From the NCBI GenBank assembly GCA_041583775.1, contig JBFHFF010000001.1, positions 27,528 through 91,527 on the forward strand: DNA of 64,000 bases, in the 5' to 3' direction. The first letter of the stretch is position 1, and every line of letters starts with the position of its first letter. The position numbers were made by a program, and so were the translations under genes. The DNA is from Candidatus Moraniibacteriota bacterium. GTDB taxonomy: Bacteria > Patescibacteriota > Minisyncoccia > Moranbacterales > DUUL01. Shown in pieces: positions 42,302 through 50,948 of the stretch. The notes below the pieces were generated by a model. That model ran no database searches. It saw nothing but the letters and a program-made list of their open reading frames with translations, and was not told the origin of the DNA.

Positions 42302-42799
42302 TTACAATTTTATAACTCCCATTGTTAATAATAAAACAATAATCCCTGCGATCATTATTCCTAAAGAGATAATAAACACTGCTTTTGTTTTATTAATTCC
42401 AAATAAAAATGCTGCAAGTGCCCCAGTCCAACCACCGGTTACTGGTAAGGGAATCGCTACCAAAAAAAACAAACCCCAGTCACCATATTTTTCAATTTGC
42501 TTATGAACTTTTTTTCTTGTTCTAGCAAATAACCAATCGAAAAACTTTCTCCAAAATTCAAACCTTTCTATTAGAAAAGAAGTCACTTTTTCCAAAAACA
42601 TAACCAAAATAACCATTGGTATAATATTCCCAAAAACAGACCAAAAATAAGCTAAAGCCGGATTCATACCGAAAACAGTAATCGCAACAGGAATTGAACC
42701 CCTTAACTCAAAAACTGGGGTCATTGCTATTATCATTGTAGAAATCTCATCAGGAACTCCATTAAGCAATTCTACTACCTTTGTTACCTCTATCAACAT
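42302..42799 (-). CDS. Membrane protein, putative small multidrug export family (COG2426-like)
   Basis: ELRGSIP motif, 4 TM. Confidence 0.45.
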   Translation of the reverse strand: MLIEVTKVVELLNGVPDEISTMIIAMTPVFELRGSIPVAITVFGMNPALAYFWSVFGNIIPMVILVMFLEKVTSFLIERFEFWRKFFDWLFARTRKKVHKQIEKYGDWGLFFLVAIPLPVTGGWTGALAAFLFGINKTKAVFIISLGIMIAGIIVLLLTMGVIKL

Positions 42800-42843
42800 T
42801 TTTATTCAATTATTTTTATTTCCACAATTATTCTTCTCTTAAA

Positions 42844-43944
42844 TTATGCTTTGCGCAAATACTCAGCCGCAATCTCTGGCTCAATTGCAGTTATATCTGT
42901 ACCACTAGATAATTCAAATCCTGCCCAAGTAGATGTTCGTGGCAAAATTTCAATATGCCAATGATAGTGCTGGTAATCCTTCCCGTCACAAGGAGCAGTA
43001 TCTATATAAAAATTAAAAGAAACTCCTTCTATCACTGTCGTTAACTTTCTTATAGCTTCATGCAAGGCTTCACCAGCCGCAATCTTTTCTTCGTCACTCA
43101 TTCTTTCAAAATATGGCATATGTTTTTTAGGAATTACTTTCATCTCAAAAGCCATTCTTGAGACAAAAGGACAATAAACAACAAAAAGTTCATTTTCAAA
43201 AACTAACCGCTTTCCAAAGTCCATCTCCCACTCAAGCATTGTACAAAAAACACATTTTTTATTTGCACGAAAATAATTTTCAGCACCATTTAATTCCTGG
43301 ATAGTAAATGGTGAAATAACAGGAACCGCAATTAATTGTGAATGTGGATGTTTAATTGACGCTCCAGCCTTCTTGCCATGATTATGAAAAATTTCAATAT
43401 ATCTAACTGATTTTTTACTCATCAAATCAAGATATCTAGTCTGATAAGCATCAATTAATTCGGCCACCATAATAGGGTCCATTTTTCCAATATGTTTATA
43501 ATGATCCCTTGTCACAACGACTTCATGATAACCAACACCATCCATCATAAAATAAGGACCTTCCTCTTCGTGAGAAATTTTTCCACCCTTAGGTCTTGCT
43601 AGCGCTGGAAATTTATTAGGAAAAACTCTTAAAGTCCAATCATCTTCATTGGTCTTGTAAATAAGAATATCTTTTTCTTGACCAGAGGCTATAGGATCAC
43701 AGAATAAACAATTTTCAACTTCATCTTTATCATTTTCAGATCCCTCTCCAGAGAAAAAATCATCTGGACGCTTATTTCTGCCTGTGGCAATAACAACCCA
43801 TTCATCAGTCACTAAGTTATGTCTTAGTTGAGATATTTGCTTTGCTGTTTTATTAATGACTTTAAGCCCTTCTTTTTGCTTCCTCGGACTCTCTTTTTTT
43901 ACCACAAGCTTCTTCTTATTTGTTTTATTTTTTACACCACTCAT
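42844..43944 (-). CDS. galT: Galactose-1-phosphate uridylyltransferase family (HIT superfamily, GalT type)
   Basis: CLFCD zinc site and HPHSQ active-site motif. Confidence 0.8.
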   Translation of the reverse strand: MSGVKNKTNKKKLVVKKESPRKQKEGLKVINKTAKQISQLRHNLVTDEWVVIATGRNKRPDDFFSGEGSENDKDEVENCLFCDPIASGQEKDILIYKTNEDDWTLRVFPNKFPALARPKGGKISHEEEGPYFMMDGVGYHEVVVTRDHYKHIGKMDPIMVAELIDAYQTRYLDLMSKKSVRYIEIFHNHGKKAGASIKHPHSQLIAVPVISPFTIQELNGAENYFRANKKCVFCTMLEWEMDFGKRLVFENELFVVYCPFVSRMAFEMKVIPKKHMPYFERMSDEEKIAAGEALHEAIRKLTTVIEGVSFNFYIDTAPCDGKDYQHYHWHIEILPRTSTWAGFELSSGTDITAIEPEIAAEYLRKA

Positions 43945-44018
43945 TTTGTTTTTATTTTTGAAGATTTTTTAGCTTTAAGATTTCTGAATCTGAAAATTAA
44001 AAGTTCCCTAACCCCAAT

Positions 44019-44864
44019 TTAATCAATCTTTTTTGTTTCTTGTTCTTGATTCTGTGCTAAATTCAATTCAGCCATTTCCTGTTCCTCTCTGTTTCTAAGT
44101 TCAGCAACTTTCCTTTTTAACTTATAAGTGCCCTTCAACATATTCATTTTAACTTTAAATAAATCCTTAAATGTTGAAAAATAACCACTAATTCCGACCA
44201 AACTCTCACCTTTGTCCACCCAATCAATTGGGACTTCTTTAATTTTATATCCAAGTTTTTTACTAATCATCAAAATCTCGAAATCGATTCCCCAACGATT
44301 AACTGTTGTCCGTGGTAAAACATCTTTTGTAGCTTGCTCAGTAAAAGCCTTAAATCCACATTGAGTATCTTTTACTCCCCACAAACCAGTTCCAGCCTGA
44401 ATTAAAAAATTTCCTAAATCACCGAGTAATTCCTTCCATTTTGGTTGATGAACTCTAACTTCTGATTCTTGCAAATCTCTTGATCCTATAACAACATCAG
44501 CACCTTCTTGAAATTTTGGAATAAAACGATCCAACATTTCAATTGGAGTTGCACCATCCATATCCGTAAAAAGTCGAATATGCCCTTCGGATGCCAAAAG
44601 TCCTTCACGAAGTGAATATCCTTTTCCCATGTTTTGAGTTCGATCTATAATTCTAACATTTTCAATATTTTTAGTAATCTCCCTAACTAACTCTCCAGTT
44701 CCATCCGTTGGTCCATCTAAAACAATAACAATTTCCCTTGATTGACCTATGTTTTTAAAATATTCATCGATTGAATTTAAATGATTTCTCATCTCCTCTG
44801 TCTTTGTGGACTCATTGAAAGTAGGAATAACAACTGAATATGTCGGTCTGTTTTCTTGTTGCAT
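44019..44864 (-). CDS. Glycosyltransferase family 2 (Dpm1/GtrB-like polyprenyl-phosphate glycosyltransferase)
   Basis: YSVVIPTFNE ... VLDGPTDGT and DxD region. Confidence 0.8.
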   Translation of the reverse strand: MQQENRPTYSVVIPTFNESTKTEEMRNHLNSIDEYFKNIGQSREIVIVLDGPTDGTGELVREITKNIENVRIIDRTQNMGKGYSLREGLLASEGHIRLFTDMDGATPIEMLDRFIPKFQEGADVVIGSRDLQESEVRVHQPKWKELLGDLGNFLIQAGTGLWGVKDTQCGFKAFTEQATKDVLPRTTVNRWGIDFEILMISKKLGYKIKEVPIDWVDKGESLVGISGYFSTFKDLFKVKMNMLKGTYKLKRKVAELRNREEQEMAELNLAQNQEQETKKID

Positions 44865-45013
44865 AATTTCTGTTTTAATTAGGTTACTACGACTTCCAAA
44901 AACACATAATTTATTTTAATAAAGGTGTTTTATTTATAAAAAAATGAATCTGAAAAAACAAATTAAATTTTCTTTATAAAAAAAGAAAAGTTATTTACTT
45001 TATTTTAACAAAA

Positions 45014-45418
45014 CTATACCTTTCTGTCTAACCATCCTTGTAAAAGAATTCTCGCAGACTCAGCGTTATCATTTTTAGAGATTCCCTTTTTCCTAAATTC
45101 AGCCAAATTTGATTGAGCAACTTTAGTTGAAAAAAACTCTTCTTCAATCTCAACATCAAATCCCCGTTCTTCAAGCTTTACTATAAAATTATCAATAATT
45201 TTTTCATTAGCGGTAAATTGTTCTTTCTGGTTGCCAGTTTTCCCCACAATAATTTTTTCAAAAGGAAATTCCTCTGCTAATTGATTGATTTTTTCAAAAA
45301 TTTTTCTTGTATCAACTTCACAATATGCGTTAGCAATTCTAGTTTCCGCATCAGCTATCGCAATACCACAAAAAGACCTCCCCCAATCAATTGCCAAATA
45401 ATAAATTTCCTCTACCAT
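45014..45418 (-). CDS. ruvX: Holliday junction resolvase-like RuvX/YqgF
   Basis: YLAIDWGRSFCGIAIAD N-terminal RNase H-like motif. Confidence 0.85.
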   Translation of the reverse strand: MVEEIYYLAIDWGRSFCGIAIADAETRIANAYCEVDTRKIFEKINQLAEEFPFEKIIVGKTGNQKEQFTANEKIIDNFIVKLEERGFDVEIEEEFFSTKVAQSNLAEFRKKGISKNDNAESARILLQGWLDRKV

Positions 45419-45429
45419 TCTTCTATAAA

Positions 45430-46218
45430 TTAAACCTTAATGCCACCAGTAACGACCTCGCAGCCCTTTTTAGTAACAACAACTGTATGCTCGAAATGAG
45501 CTGACAAACTTCCGTTATATGTAACAAAAGCAAACTCATCTTCCCCCAAAGCGATTCTATCATCACCCACAGCCAACATTGGCTCTAGTGCCAAAACCAT
45601 ATTTTCTTTTATCTTTAAACCTGTATTTTTTTCTCCATAATTTGGAATTTGTGGTGCTTCATGAACAGCATGACCAACTCCATGCCCAACCAACCCCTTT
45701 ATTGTAACAAAGCCATTTTTAGTGGCATATTCGTCTACAGCAAAACCATAGTCACCTAACCTCGCACCATCACAAATCTTAGCAATTCCCGCACTTAAAC
45801 TTTTCTTAGTTGCTTCTGTTATCTTTCTGGCTTGCTCACTAACTTCTCCGATCATAACTGTGGTAGCAGCATCTGTATACATCCCTTTATACTCAACTCC
45901 CAAATCTAAAGAAACTAAATCACCTTCCTTTATAATCCTATCTTTTTTTGGTATCCCATGCACAATCTCATCATTAATTGAAACGCAAAGAGAAGCTGGA
46001 AATGGCTCGCCATCTCCATCAAAATAATGTAAAAAGGCAGGAGTGCCTCCCTTATCTCTAATATATTTTTCAACAATTTCATCAAGTTCCATTGTTGTTA
46101 CTTTTTCGTTAACAGCTTTTTTAGCCCTTTCAATTGCCAAATTCATAGCATCTGCTAAAATTTTTCCGCTCTCTCTCAACAGTTCTATTTCCTGCTTTGT
46201 TTTCAACCTTACCTTCAT
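45430..46218 (-). CDS. map: Methionine aminopeptidase type I
   Basis: Metal ligands in DLVSLD ... HGVGHAVHE ... LALEP. Confidence 0.9.
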   Translation of the reverse strand: MKVRLKTKQEIELLRESGKILADAMNLAIERAKKAVNEKVTTMELDEIVEKYIRDKGGTPAFLHYFDGDGEPFPASLCVSINDEIVHGIPKKDRIIKEGDLVSLDLGVEYKGMYTDAATTVMIGEVSEQARKITEATKKSLSAGIAKICDGARLGDYGFAVDEYATKNGFVTIKGLVGHGVGHAVHEAPQIPNYGEKNTGLKIKENMVLALEPMLAVGDDRIALGEDEFAFVTYNGSLSAHFEHTVVVTKKGCEVVTGGIKV

Positions 46219-46426
46219 AAACTTAAATTATTTATATCCTTTATATAGAAACAAGCAATAAGTATTGCATTTATATAGATATTATAGAAAACACCTATCT
46301 AAAGTCAAACCACTCTTTTTTAAGCACACTTAAACAATAACTAACTTGTAAAAATTTGCCTTAAAAAATACCCCCGAAACAAATTTTGCTCCAGGGATAT
46401 ACTTAATCGAAAGCTCTGTATTTATA

Positions 46427-46945
46427 TCAGAGCTTCCGCTTAGAAAGTTCATACAGTTTCTGCAAGCTTCGCATAAACCTTCCTTCGACCTTATATTTTG
46501 GCCAGTCTCTATTCAGAGGTTGAACAGACCGGCCATTCTTGTCGATACACTCAACAATCTTTGCATAGAAACCATCAAACCATTCCTCTACTGATAAAGA
46601 CGAATGATTACTGATTTCGTTTCCTAAGCGAGAATAACTCGTTCTCACTGTTAGAGGAAACCTCGTTCCACGAGGAAATTGAATTCCCGTGCCAAGACTT
46701 GGTTCCTCTATTTTTGTGATAGAGTTTGCAAAATCAATTACTCCATCTCCCCTTCCCTCCACAATGACATCGGCAAGCCTGTAAGTAATGTCTCCCACAG
46801 GAACCGTAATTAGAATATAATAAGTCTTACTTTTCGGGAAATTATTATCTCTATAACCTCTTTGAACTGCAGAAGCACTGGTTACCATTAGAGAAAAAAA
46901 TATTACCACCAAGAAAACAATTGACATTCTCAATACATTACTCAT
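46427..46945 (-). CDS. Secreted hypothetical protein (signal peptide), elevated GC, strong SD
   Basis: N-terminal signal peptide MSNVLRMSIVFLVVIFFSLMVTSASA; AAGGAG SD 6 nt upstream; local GC about 41 percent versus about 30 percent background. Confidence 0.6.
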   Translation of the reverse strand: MSNVLRMSIVFLVVIFFSLMVTSASAVQRGYRDNNFPKSKTYYILITVPVGDITYRLADVIVEGRGDGVIDFANSITKIEEPSLGTGIQFPRGTRFPLTVRTSYSRLGNEISNHSSLSVEEWFDGFYAKIVECIDKNGRSVQPLNRDWPKYKVEGRFMRSLQKLYELSKRKL

Positions 46946-47039
46946 AGTCTACTCCTTTTTTGTGTGTTTAATACGCGGTGTGAAATAATTTCACTAAATC
47001 TTCACTTTTAAAAAATAAAGGTACTTGTTTATAATTTTA

Positions 47040-47068
47040 ATTATACACTATATTCTAACTTTTGTAAA
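47040..47068 (-). promoter_or_regulatory. Sigma70 promoter with extended -10 for the secreted-protein gene
   Basis: On minus, TTTACA-17nt-TGTATAAT, about 90 nt upstream of the ATG. Confidence 0.5.
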
Positions 47069-47217
47069 GGAACATGCGAAATCTTTATTAAACATCGCCT
47101 TATTTCTATTGACTTTTTCAAAATAATATGTCATCCTAGGCATATTGATAAAGCCCTGGGCGTTTCCGCCTTTCTTTTATGAAAGGACTAGAAAAGCCAA
47201 CCTCCACCAATGGGTGG

Positions 47218-47246
47218 GTTTTATTTGTACTTAAATATGGTATAAT
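47218..47246 (+). promoter_or_regulatory. Extended -10 promoter for the rpsF-ssb-rpsR operon
   Basis: TGGTATAAT at 47238-47246, AT-rich -35 region. Confidence 0.45.
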
Positions 47247-47268
47247 TAATTAGTAAAATCTTATCCAA

Positions 47269-47865
47269 ATGGAATATGAGATTAATTTTCTTGTGTTACA
47301 ATCAAACACAGAAACTATTGATGCAATCCGGGACAAAGTAAAGTCCCTGATCAAAGATCACAAGGGTTCAGTTATCGATGAACTTGTCTATAAAAAAAGA
47401 AGACTGGCTTATGAAATCAAGCACGAAATGTATGGTTTTTTCACAGTATTAAGATTCACTCTTGAAAACAACCCAGATATCATTGATTTAAAAAGAGAAT
47501 TGAACTTGGTTCAAGATATCGCTCGCTATATTATTGTTCAAGCCAATCAACTTCCTAAACTCAGTCAAGAAATTCTTTCAATGGAAAGACGAGAAAAAAC
47601 AACTGTAAAACAAGAAGATGTTGAAAAAATAATTGCTAAATCAGAACAAAGCAAGGAATCAAAAGAGGTAAAGAAGGAGGAAGAGAAAAAAGTGAAAGAA
47701 AAAACTGAAAACGAGGACTCAAAAAAAGAAGTTAAAGTTGAAGATAAAAAAGAAGAAGTGAAAAAAGAGGAAGTGAAGGAGGAATCAAAGGAAGATAAAG
47801 ATTCTAATGACAGATCTTCCCTAGAAGATTTAGATAAAAAATTAGACGAGATTTTGAGCATATAA
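47269..47865 (+). CDS. rpsF: 30S ribosomal protein S6 with long Lys/Glu-rich C-terminal tail
   Basis: N-terminal bS6 fold sequence MEYEINFLVL ... RRLAYEI; about 100 aa charged low-complexity extension. Confidence 0.85.
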   Translation: MEYEINFLVLQSNTETIDAIRDKVKSLIKDHKGSVIDELVYKKRRLAYEIKHEMYGFFTVLRFTLENNPDIIDLKRELNLVQDIARYIIVQANQLPKLSQEILSMERREKTTVKQEDVEKIIAKSEQSKESKEVKKEEEKKVKEKTENEDSKKEVKVEDKKEEVKKEEVKEESKEDKDSNDRSSLEDLDKKLDEILSI

Positions 47866-47883
47866 AAACTAAATTCAAACCCT

Positions 47884-48381
47884 ATGGACCTCAACAAAGC
47901 GATGCTAATTGGCAACATTGTAAATGACCCAGAGATGCGAACAACTCCAAATGGACAAAATGTTACATCTTTCAGGGTTGCCACAAACAGGCGATGGAAA
48001 AATCAAGCCACTGGTGAATACAATGAGGATTCTCAATTTCATTCAATTGTCGCTTGGGGGAAACTTGCAGAAATTTGTTCTCAGTATATGAGCAAAGGAC
48101 AAAAAGTTTATATTGAAGGTAGAATCACAACAAGATCTTGGGATGATCCCCAATCAGGGCAAAAGAAGTATATGACTGAAGTTGTAGCAGAAAATGCAAT
48201 AATGTTAAGTCAAAAAAGAGATGGTAACACTGGTGCAAATTATGCAGGACAACCTGCGCCAAACCAAGCACCAACAAATGCGCCTCAGAAAAATAATGTC
48301 TCCATTCCATCACCTGAACAAATTCCTACAATAGATGTAAATGATCAGGATGAAATAAGAGTGGAAGATATACCGTTTTAA
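47884..48381 (+). CDS. ssb: Single-stranded DNA-binding protein
   Basis: OB-fold sequence and C-terminal acidic DIPF tip. Confidence 0.9.
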   Translation: MDLNKAMLIGNIVNDPEMRTTPNGQNVTSFRVATNRRWKNQATGEYNEDSQFHSIVAWGKLAEICSQYMSKGQKVYIEGRITTRSWDDPQSGQKKYMTEVVAENAIMLSQKRDGNTGANYAGQPAPNQAPTNAPQKNNVSIPSPEQIPTIDVNDQDEIRVEDIPF

Positions 48382-48402
48382 ATTTAAACAAACTCTAGAC
48401 CT

Positions 48403-48642
48403 ATGATGAATAGAAATAACCGAAACACTATAAAGGTGGAAAGCAAAAATTGTTATTTTTGCGCAAACAATATCAAAGAATTAGACTACAAGGATGTCAT
48501 CCTTCTACGAAAATTTATCAATACTGTTGGAAAAATAATTCCAACAAGAAGAACAGGTACTTGTGCTAAACATCAAAGAGCACTTTCAAAGGCAATTAAG
48601 CGAGCAAGAATTCTTGCACTTCTTCCTTTTGTAGCTAAATAA
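48403..48642 (+). CDS. rpsR: 30S ribosomal protein S18
   Basis: CYFC ... ILLRKFIN ... [10 protein letters not shown] ... [14 protein letters not shown]. Confidence 0.85.
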   Translation: MMNRNNRNTIKVESKNCYFCANNIKELDYKDVILLRKFINTVGKIIPTRRTGTCAKHQRALSKAIKRARILALLPFVAK

Positions 48643-48653
48643 AAAATAAAAAA

Positions 48654-48683
48654 GGAACGGGGTTAACGCCTCGTTCTTTTTTC
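48654..48683 (+). terminator. Intrinsic terminator after rpsR
   Basis: ggaacgggg-ttaa-cgcctcgttc followed by a T-run. Confidence 0.55.
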
Positions 48684-48699
48684 TTTACAAACAAACACT

Positions 48700-49260
48700 A
48701 TGCTAACATTATCAGGAATTAAGGTTGGAAAAAAAATTATTATTGAAAGTGAGCCTTTTGTGGTTCTTTTTGCACAACACTCAAAAATGGGTCGTGCCGG
48801 TGCTGTTCTTAGAACAAAACTAAAAAATCTTGTGACTGGAGCAACAATAAACAAGACTTTTCAAGGAGCTGACAAGATACCACCTGCTGAGATAACAACC
48901 CAGAAAGCTCAATATTTATACTCGGACGAACAAAATCATTATTTTATGAATGGTGAGTCTTATGAACAATTTGAAATTTCAGCCAAGGTTATTGGCGACA
49001 ATAGTAAATTCCTAACAGAAGGAACGGAAATTGATGTTTTGTATTTTGGGGATTCAGCAATTAATATTGAACTTCCAATCAAGATGGATTTTGAGGTTGT
49101 TGAAGCTCCCCCAGCAGTTAAGGGCAACACCGCTGATGGTGGCTCAAAACAAGTAACAATTGAAACTGGGGTAAAAGTAAATGTCCCTCTTTTTATTAAG
49201 ACTGGCGACAGAATTAGAGTAAATACCCAAACAGGGGAATACTCTGAACGAGCAAATTAA
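48700..49260 (+). CDS. efp: Elongation factor P (Arg at the conserved loop-tip position)
   Basis: Three-domain EF-P; loop HSKMGRAGAVLRTKLKNL aligns R with Lys34 of E. coli EF-P (KPGKGQA). Confidence 0.9.
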   Translation: MLTLSGIKVGKKIIIESEPFVVLFAQHSKMGRAGAVLRTKLKNLVTGATINKTFQGADKIPPAEITTQKAQYLYSDEQNHYFMNGESYEQFEISAKVIGDNSKFLTEGTEIDVLYFGDSAINIELPIKMDFEVVEAPPAVKGNTADGGSKQVTIETGVKVNVPLFIKTGDRIRVNTQTGEYSERAN

Positions 49261-49283
49261 TTTTATTTCGATATTTTTCAATT

Positions 49284-49316
49284 AAAAAACAGCCCTCTAT
49301 TTGCGGCTGTTTTTTA
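49284..49316. terminator. Bidirectional terminator between efp and ndk
   Basis: acagcc ... ggctgt stem flanked by A-run and T-run. Confidence 0.65.
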
Positions 49317-49339
49317 ATATATATAATAAAGTTGAAAAT

Positions 49340-49954
49340 CTATTCTTTTGTGCCATCAAGATTTACATCATAAAGAATTTCTTCTTGTACCAAGCGATAC
49401 TCAATTAACTCCTTTTCATCAAACCAATGTGGAATTTCCATTTGAGCCTCTTCGACTGATCCGGAAGCATGAACAAGATTTCTGATTGCTCGTCCATCCC
49501 TATCTGACATTTCATATGAATCCATAACATAGTCACCTCGAATTGTTCCCACATCAGATGTGAGCGGTTCCGTTCCACCAACAATTTTTCTTACCATCTT
49601 AACAACATGTGCTCCTTGCCAAACCATCGCTACCACAGGACCACTTGCCATATATTTCTTCAACCCCTTTAGAATGTTATCAGTAATTTCAAAAGGATCA
49701 TTTGAAGGAGGTGTCATTCCCTTACTTTTGTAACCAGCAATTGTTTTCTCTCCAGTTATTCTTCTCCATTCTGGATCAAGTGTATAATGAGCTTCAATAT
49801 GTTCCGCTGTTGGAACAACTGTTTTCATTGCAACAAGTTTAAATCCTAAATTCTCATGTCGTTTGATAATTTCACCAATAAGGCCTCTTTGAACACCATC
49901 TGGTTTTACCATCACAAGAGTTCGCTCTTTTGAAAAATGTTGTTTTTCAGTCAT
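49340..49954 (-). CDS. ndk: Nucleoside diphosphate kinase with C-terminal extension
   Basis: LVMVKPDGVQRGLIGEII and active-site NLVHASGS region. Confidence 0.85.
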   Translation of the reverse strand: MTEKQHFSKERTLVMVKPDGVQRGLIGEIIKRHENLGFKLVAMKTVVPTAEHIEAHYTLDPEWRRITGEKTIAGYKSKGMTPPSNDPFEITDNILKGLKKYMASGPVVAMVWQGAHVVKMVRKIVGGTEPLTSDVGTIRGDYVMDSYEMSDRDGRAIRNLVHASGSVEEAQMEIPHWFDEKELIEYRLVQEEILYDVNLDGTKE

Positions 49955-50070
49955 AGTTTTCCTATTTTTTAATTAAAAAACCCACAAAAATATATATGGA
50001 GGTTTGTATAAACTTATCTTAGCATTTCTATTTGTTTTATCAAGAACCAACATTGTAATGCGTATTTAAA

Positions 50071-50940
50071 TTACCTCAAAACACATTCTTCGTTGGGAAT
50101 TCTACAAAATACTTCTATTGTTCCATTCTCGTCAGTTCTTAAAATCGGTACACCTACTTTTCCTATCAACTCCAAAACTTCAACTGCTGGATGTTTGTAT
50201 TTGTTTCTAGCTCCAACGGAAATAATTGTGAACTTTGGAGAGGTTGCTACCAAAAACTCTTCTGTTGTTGAATGTTTTGAACCATGGTGTCCGATTTTTA
50301 ACCAATCAACATCAATATTCTCTCCATCAGTTATCATATCTTTTTCAATATCACCAGTAGCATCTCCCGTAAATAAAAAAGAATTTATTCCAAAATCCAT
50401 TCTCAAAACTATTGAATTCTCATTTCTGTCTTTACTTTCAAGCGTCGCATCATCTGGATTAAAAATTTCAAAATTTAGATTATTACCAATTGAAATTTTT
50501 GAATCTTCTGTTAGAATTTCTTTTTCAATATTTTTTTCCAATAAAACACTTTCCAATTCTTCAAAAATTTGAGTATCCGCACTAGCCCCATTACCCAAAA
50601 AAACTCCTACTTCATAATTCTTCACGACATCAATCAATCCTGCGAGATGATCGAAATCGGGGTGTGTTAAAATTACTATTTCAATTTTTTTGTCCATTAT
50701 GGGCATCTGTTTGCCAAGCTCTTCTAATAATTTCCTACCACTCGGTCCCCCATCAATTAATATTTGATATTTACCAAGATAGCTAATCAAAGTAGCATCG
50801 CCCTGTCCGATATCCAAATAGGAGACTTCGAGAATATCATTTTGTTTATTCCCAAATGAAACTACCTCAAAAACAACAAGAACTAAAAACAAAACTCCGA
50901 TAATAAAAACTAAAAATTTTCTTTTTTCAAATTCAGACAT
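50071..50940 (-). CDS. ComEC-type metallo-beta-lactamase domain protein (separate ORF with its own TM anchor)
   Basis: HPDFDHLAGL MBL motif; 8 nt after the channel-domain ORF. Confidence 0.75.
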   Translation of the reverse strand: MSEFEKRKFLVFIIGVLFLVLVVFEVVSFGNKQNDILEVSYLDIGQGDATLISYLGKYQILIDGGPSGRKLLEELGKQMPIMDKKIEIVILTHPDFDHLAGLIDVVKNYEVGVFLGNGASADTQIFEELESVLLEKNIEKEILTEDSKISIGNNLNFEIFNPDDATLESKDRNENSIVLRMDFGINSFLFTGDATGDIEKDMITDGENIDVDWLKIGHHGSKHSTTEEFLVATSPKFTIISVGARNKYKHPAVEVLELIGKVGVPILRTDENGTIEVFCRIPNEECVLR

Positions 50941-50948
50941 CTAAATTT

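Noticed and set aside
47100-47225. Possible ncRNA between the secreted-protein promoter and the rpsF promoter (ends in hairpin ccacc-aatg-ggtgg plus T-rich tract)
   Set aside because: No convincing promoter in the right position and only a 5 bp stem. More likely a weak bidirectional terminator or insulator.
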